Assembly: GCA_048939625.1 (NCBI GenBank)
Contig: JBHLPH010000033.1
Coordinates: forward strand, 1-16,955
DNA from: Promethearchaeota archaeon
GTDB lineage: Archaea > Asgardarchaeota > Hermodarchaeia > Hermodarchaeales > Hermodarchaeaceae
Direction of reading: 5' to 3'
DNA length: 16,955 nucleotides
The position numbers were made by a program, and so were the translations under genes. Under the pieces are notes generated by a model that was given only the letters and a program-made list of their open reading frames with translations, did no database searches and had not been told where the DNA came from. Numbering within the stretch: position 1 is the first letter of the stretch; the number at the start of each line of letters is the position of its first letter. Below, one piece after another: positions 16,159 through 16,955 of this stretch.

Positions 16159-16266
16159 GATAAAGACCCCACGGCGGATAGAGAATCGACTCGCCGACGA
16201 GTCGGCTGAAGTACACGATGAGAGCCTTAAAATTCTTTCGTAGTTACTTTGGAAAAAGTACTGCCG

Positions 16267-16521
16267 CTAGCGGGCAAGAATTATAACAAAACCTCGCTGA
16301 CCCCAGACTTTGCTAGAGGTTTGAGCTGCCAGCTGTTTCACTAGCTCATCGAAACTTGCTGAATCGGTGGAGGCTTTGAGGAATTTGACTTTAATCACTT
16401 TGTGCTTTTTGAGTTGGCGATTAACTTCTTCAATTACACCCGGATCTAATCCGTCTTTACCGATGCGGACAGCCGGTTTCTCTTGAGCCCAGATTCGGGC
16501 TAGATCAGCTTTGGTTGGCAT
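16267..16521 (-). CDS. YhbY/CRM RNA-binding protein
   Basis: PAVRIGKDG and HKVIKVKFL. ATG 16521 is preferred over 16569. Confidence 0.9.
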   Translation of the reverse strand: MPTKADLARIWAQEKPAVRIGKDGLDPGVIEEVNRQLKKHKVIKVKFLKASTDSASFDELVKQLAAQTSSKVWGQRGFVIILAR

Positions 16522-16852
16522 GGTTGATTCCTCGTGTTGAGTTCCAAAGGAATTTTCGGCGATAACCACATGTAAGACAAGTTATTACCAGGGACTTATT
16601 CTTACCGGCGTTACGAAGGCGAATTCGGGCGTTAATGCCGGGACGCAGATAGTGCTCACAACGATGACAGAACTGATGCCGCAATTCGGGAGGTAACCGG
16701 ACCCGTGTACGCATCACGATACGCCGGGCGGATTGCACGTACCGCTGAGCCAGTGCAGGGTTCTGTGGTGCAACCACTTCAGCTCTCTGGAAGAGATTTC
16801 GGAGGTGCTGGACCACTGTGGCTCGCCATCGGCGACTCCCGCGCGCTCGCAT
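16505..16852 (-). CDS. rnp4: Ribonuclease P protein component 4 (Rpp21)
   Basis: LAQRYV, FCHRC...PG and ITCLTCG zinc ribbon. Alternative GTG start at 16861. Confidence 0.93.
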   Translation of the reverse strand: MRARGSRRWRATVVQHLRNLFQRAEVVAPQNPALAQRYVQSARRIVMRTRVRLPPELRHQFCHRCEHYLRPGINARIRLRNAGKNKSLVITCLTCGYRRKFLWNSTRGINHANQS

Positions 16853-16882
16853 GTTTAACACCGAATAGAAAAATGGGAAAGG

Positions 16883-16955
16883 TGGTGCGCTGTCCGGGAT
16901 TTGAACCCGGGCACCCAGCGTGGCAGGCTGGAGTCCTAGCCACTAGACCAACAGC
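16883..16955 (-). tRNA. tRNA-Gly(GCC), intronless, CCA encoded; about 2 nt at the 5' end lie beyond the window
   Basis: Reverse complement gives anticodon arm CCAGC-CTGCCAC-GCTGG, T arm CCGGG-TTCAAAT-CCCGG and 3' end ACAGCGC-A-CCA. Confidence 0.97.

Noticed and set aside
5631-16209. Other short antisense or out-of-frame ORFs in the track
   Set aside because: They overlap well-supported conserved genes and show no family motifs.

Overview
Archaeal window, probably TACK or Asgard (inferred from protein style and gene order, not proven). The left ~3.7 kb is the edge of a glycosylation locus: a partial GT4 glycosyltransferase missed by the ORF track, a DUF1616-like protein split across two divergent genes, a type I membrane protein, a GDP-mannose pyrophosphorylase-like enzyme, and a divergent 2-TM protein resembling eukaryotic DPM2 and PIG-P. 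An orphan hypC and a Nop2/NSUN-Nip7 pair follow. The rest is a conserved minus-strand translation cluster: tRNA-Gly(GCC), rnp4, yhbY, eS19, PDCD5, eL39, eL31, eIF6, eL20, pfdA, ftsY, argF, dtdA, secE, spt5, uL11, uL1, P0, P1. Between eIF6 and eL20 sits a transposase-less tnpB with a Fanzor-type rearranged RuvC site and a readable omegaRNA (four stems, a pseudoknot and a guide). The best leads are the DPM2/PIG-P-like protein next to GMPP and GT4, and the TnpB/omegaRNA module.
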